Under the pieces are notes generated by a model. The model did no database searches. It was not told the origin of the DNA and saw nothing but the letters and a program-made list of their open reading frames with translations. 64,000 bases of DNA from an uncultured Actinomycetes bacterium. Lineage in GTDB: Bacteria > Actinomycetota > Acidimicrobiia > Acidimicrobiales > Ilumatobacteraceae. The stretch lies in NCBI GenBank assembly GCA_963802395.1, contig CAWDIP010000005.1:851363-915362 (forward strand). Direction: 5' to 3'. Position numbers and translations under genes: made by a program. Below, in pieces: positions 63,811 to 64,000 of this stretch (position 1 is the stretch's first letter; the number at the start of each line of letters is the position of its first letter).

Positions 63811-64000
63811 TGACGAGCCCACTGGGTGGAGCACTGGAATTCGCGTTGGAGAACCGCGCTGGTCGGGCCGAGTTGAACCTCTCCGATGGGCCCCAATCGC
63901 TCGTGTTCGTGATCACCAACCGTTCGAGCGATTCGATCGCCACCCGGCCGGGCTCCACGCTCGTGGTCGGGTTCCGTGCCGGCACCCTGCGCAGCCCCCA
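63810..64000 (+). CDS. hypothetical protein E, 5' end only (truncated by window end)
   Basis: ATG 63810 overlaps the TGA of protein D (TGATG). MTSPLGGALEFALENRAGRAELNLSDGPQSLVFVITNRSSDSIATRPGSTLVVGFRAG reads coherently to the window edge. Confidence 0.4.
   Translation, partial: MTSPLGGALEFALENRAGRAELNLSDGPQSLVFVITNRSSDSIATRPGSTLVVGFRAGTLRSP

Overview
This is a high-GC segment of an actinobacterial-type chromosome, densely coding on both strands. No rRNA, tRNA, CRISPR array or transposase/integrase was recognised.

Gene content, left to right:
- 0-8.5 kb: partial FadH-like flavin oxidoreductase, purE-purK, a DedA protein, a convergent MFS transporter, and an ETF/Fix cluster in the unusual order fixB-fixC-fixX-fixA.
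- 8.5-23 kb: secreted PQQ-like beta-propeller translationally coupled to a creatininase (MftE-like) plus GT2 glycosyltransferase (MftF-like) pair without mftABCD; DUF4395; alanine-racemase-fold protein; DUF418 membrane protein; YpfJ-type Zn peptidase; GabD-like aldehyde dehydrogenase; glycosyltransferase; a 4-gene sugar ABC importer.
- 23-51 kb, with cleanly intact frames: UbiB/ABC1 kinase, CHRD secreted protein, ung, tag, epoxide-hydrolase-like hydrolase, three c-di-GMP turnover proteins (PAS-GGDEF-EAL, membrane GGDEF-EAL, HD-GYP), flotillin plus BI-1/YccA, a SigB-like sigma factor, two DinB/TIGR03086-like paralogs, a Liv-type ABC importer with a nested carotenoid/lignostilbene oxygenase divergent from a bona fide-looking ACC deaminase (acdS), and an SRPBCC protein.
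- 51.7-64 kb: the most striking feature. At least five contiguous, same-strand, start/stop-overlapping giant ORFs (about 850, 1200, 640 and 1300 aa, plus a fifth truncated by the window edge) with no recognisable catalytic or NTPase motifs, a serine-linker tandem DNA repeat and somewhat lower GC. This is a candidate undescribed multi-protein system.

Other observations:
- A conserved ~57-nt intergenic element occurs three times (5027-5081, 8504-8565 inverted, 12774-12831), each time immediately upstream of a plus-strand gene start.
- Frame disruptions are frequent and regionally clustered (4.7-6 kb, 9-23 kb, 50.7 kb and inside the giant-ORF locus), while 23-50 kb is clean. This points to either localised indel errors or local gene decay.
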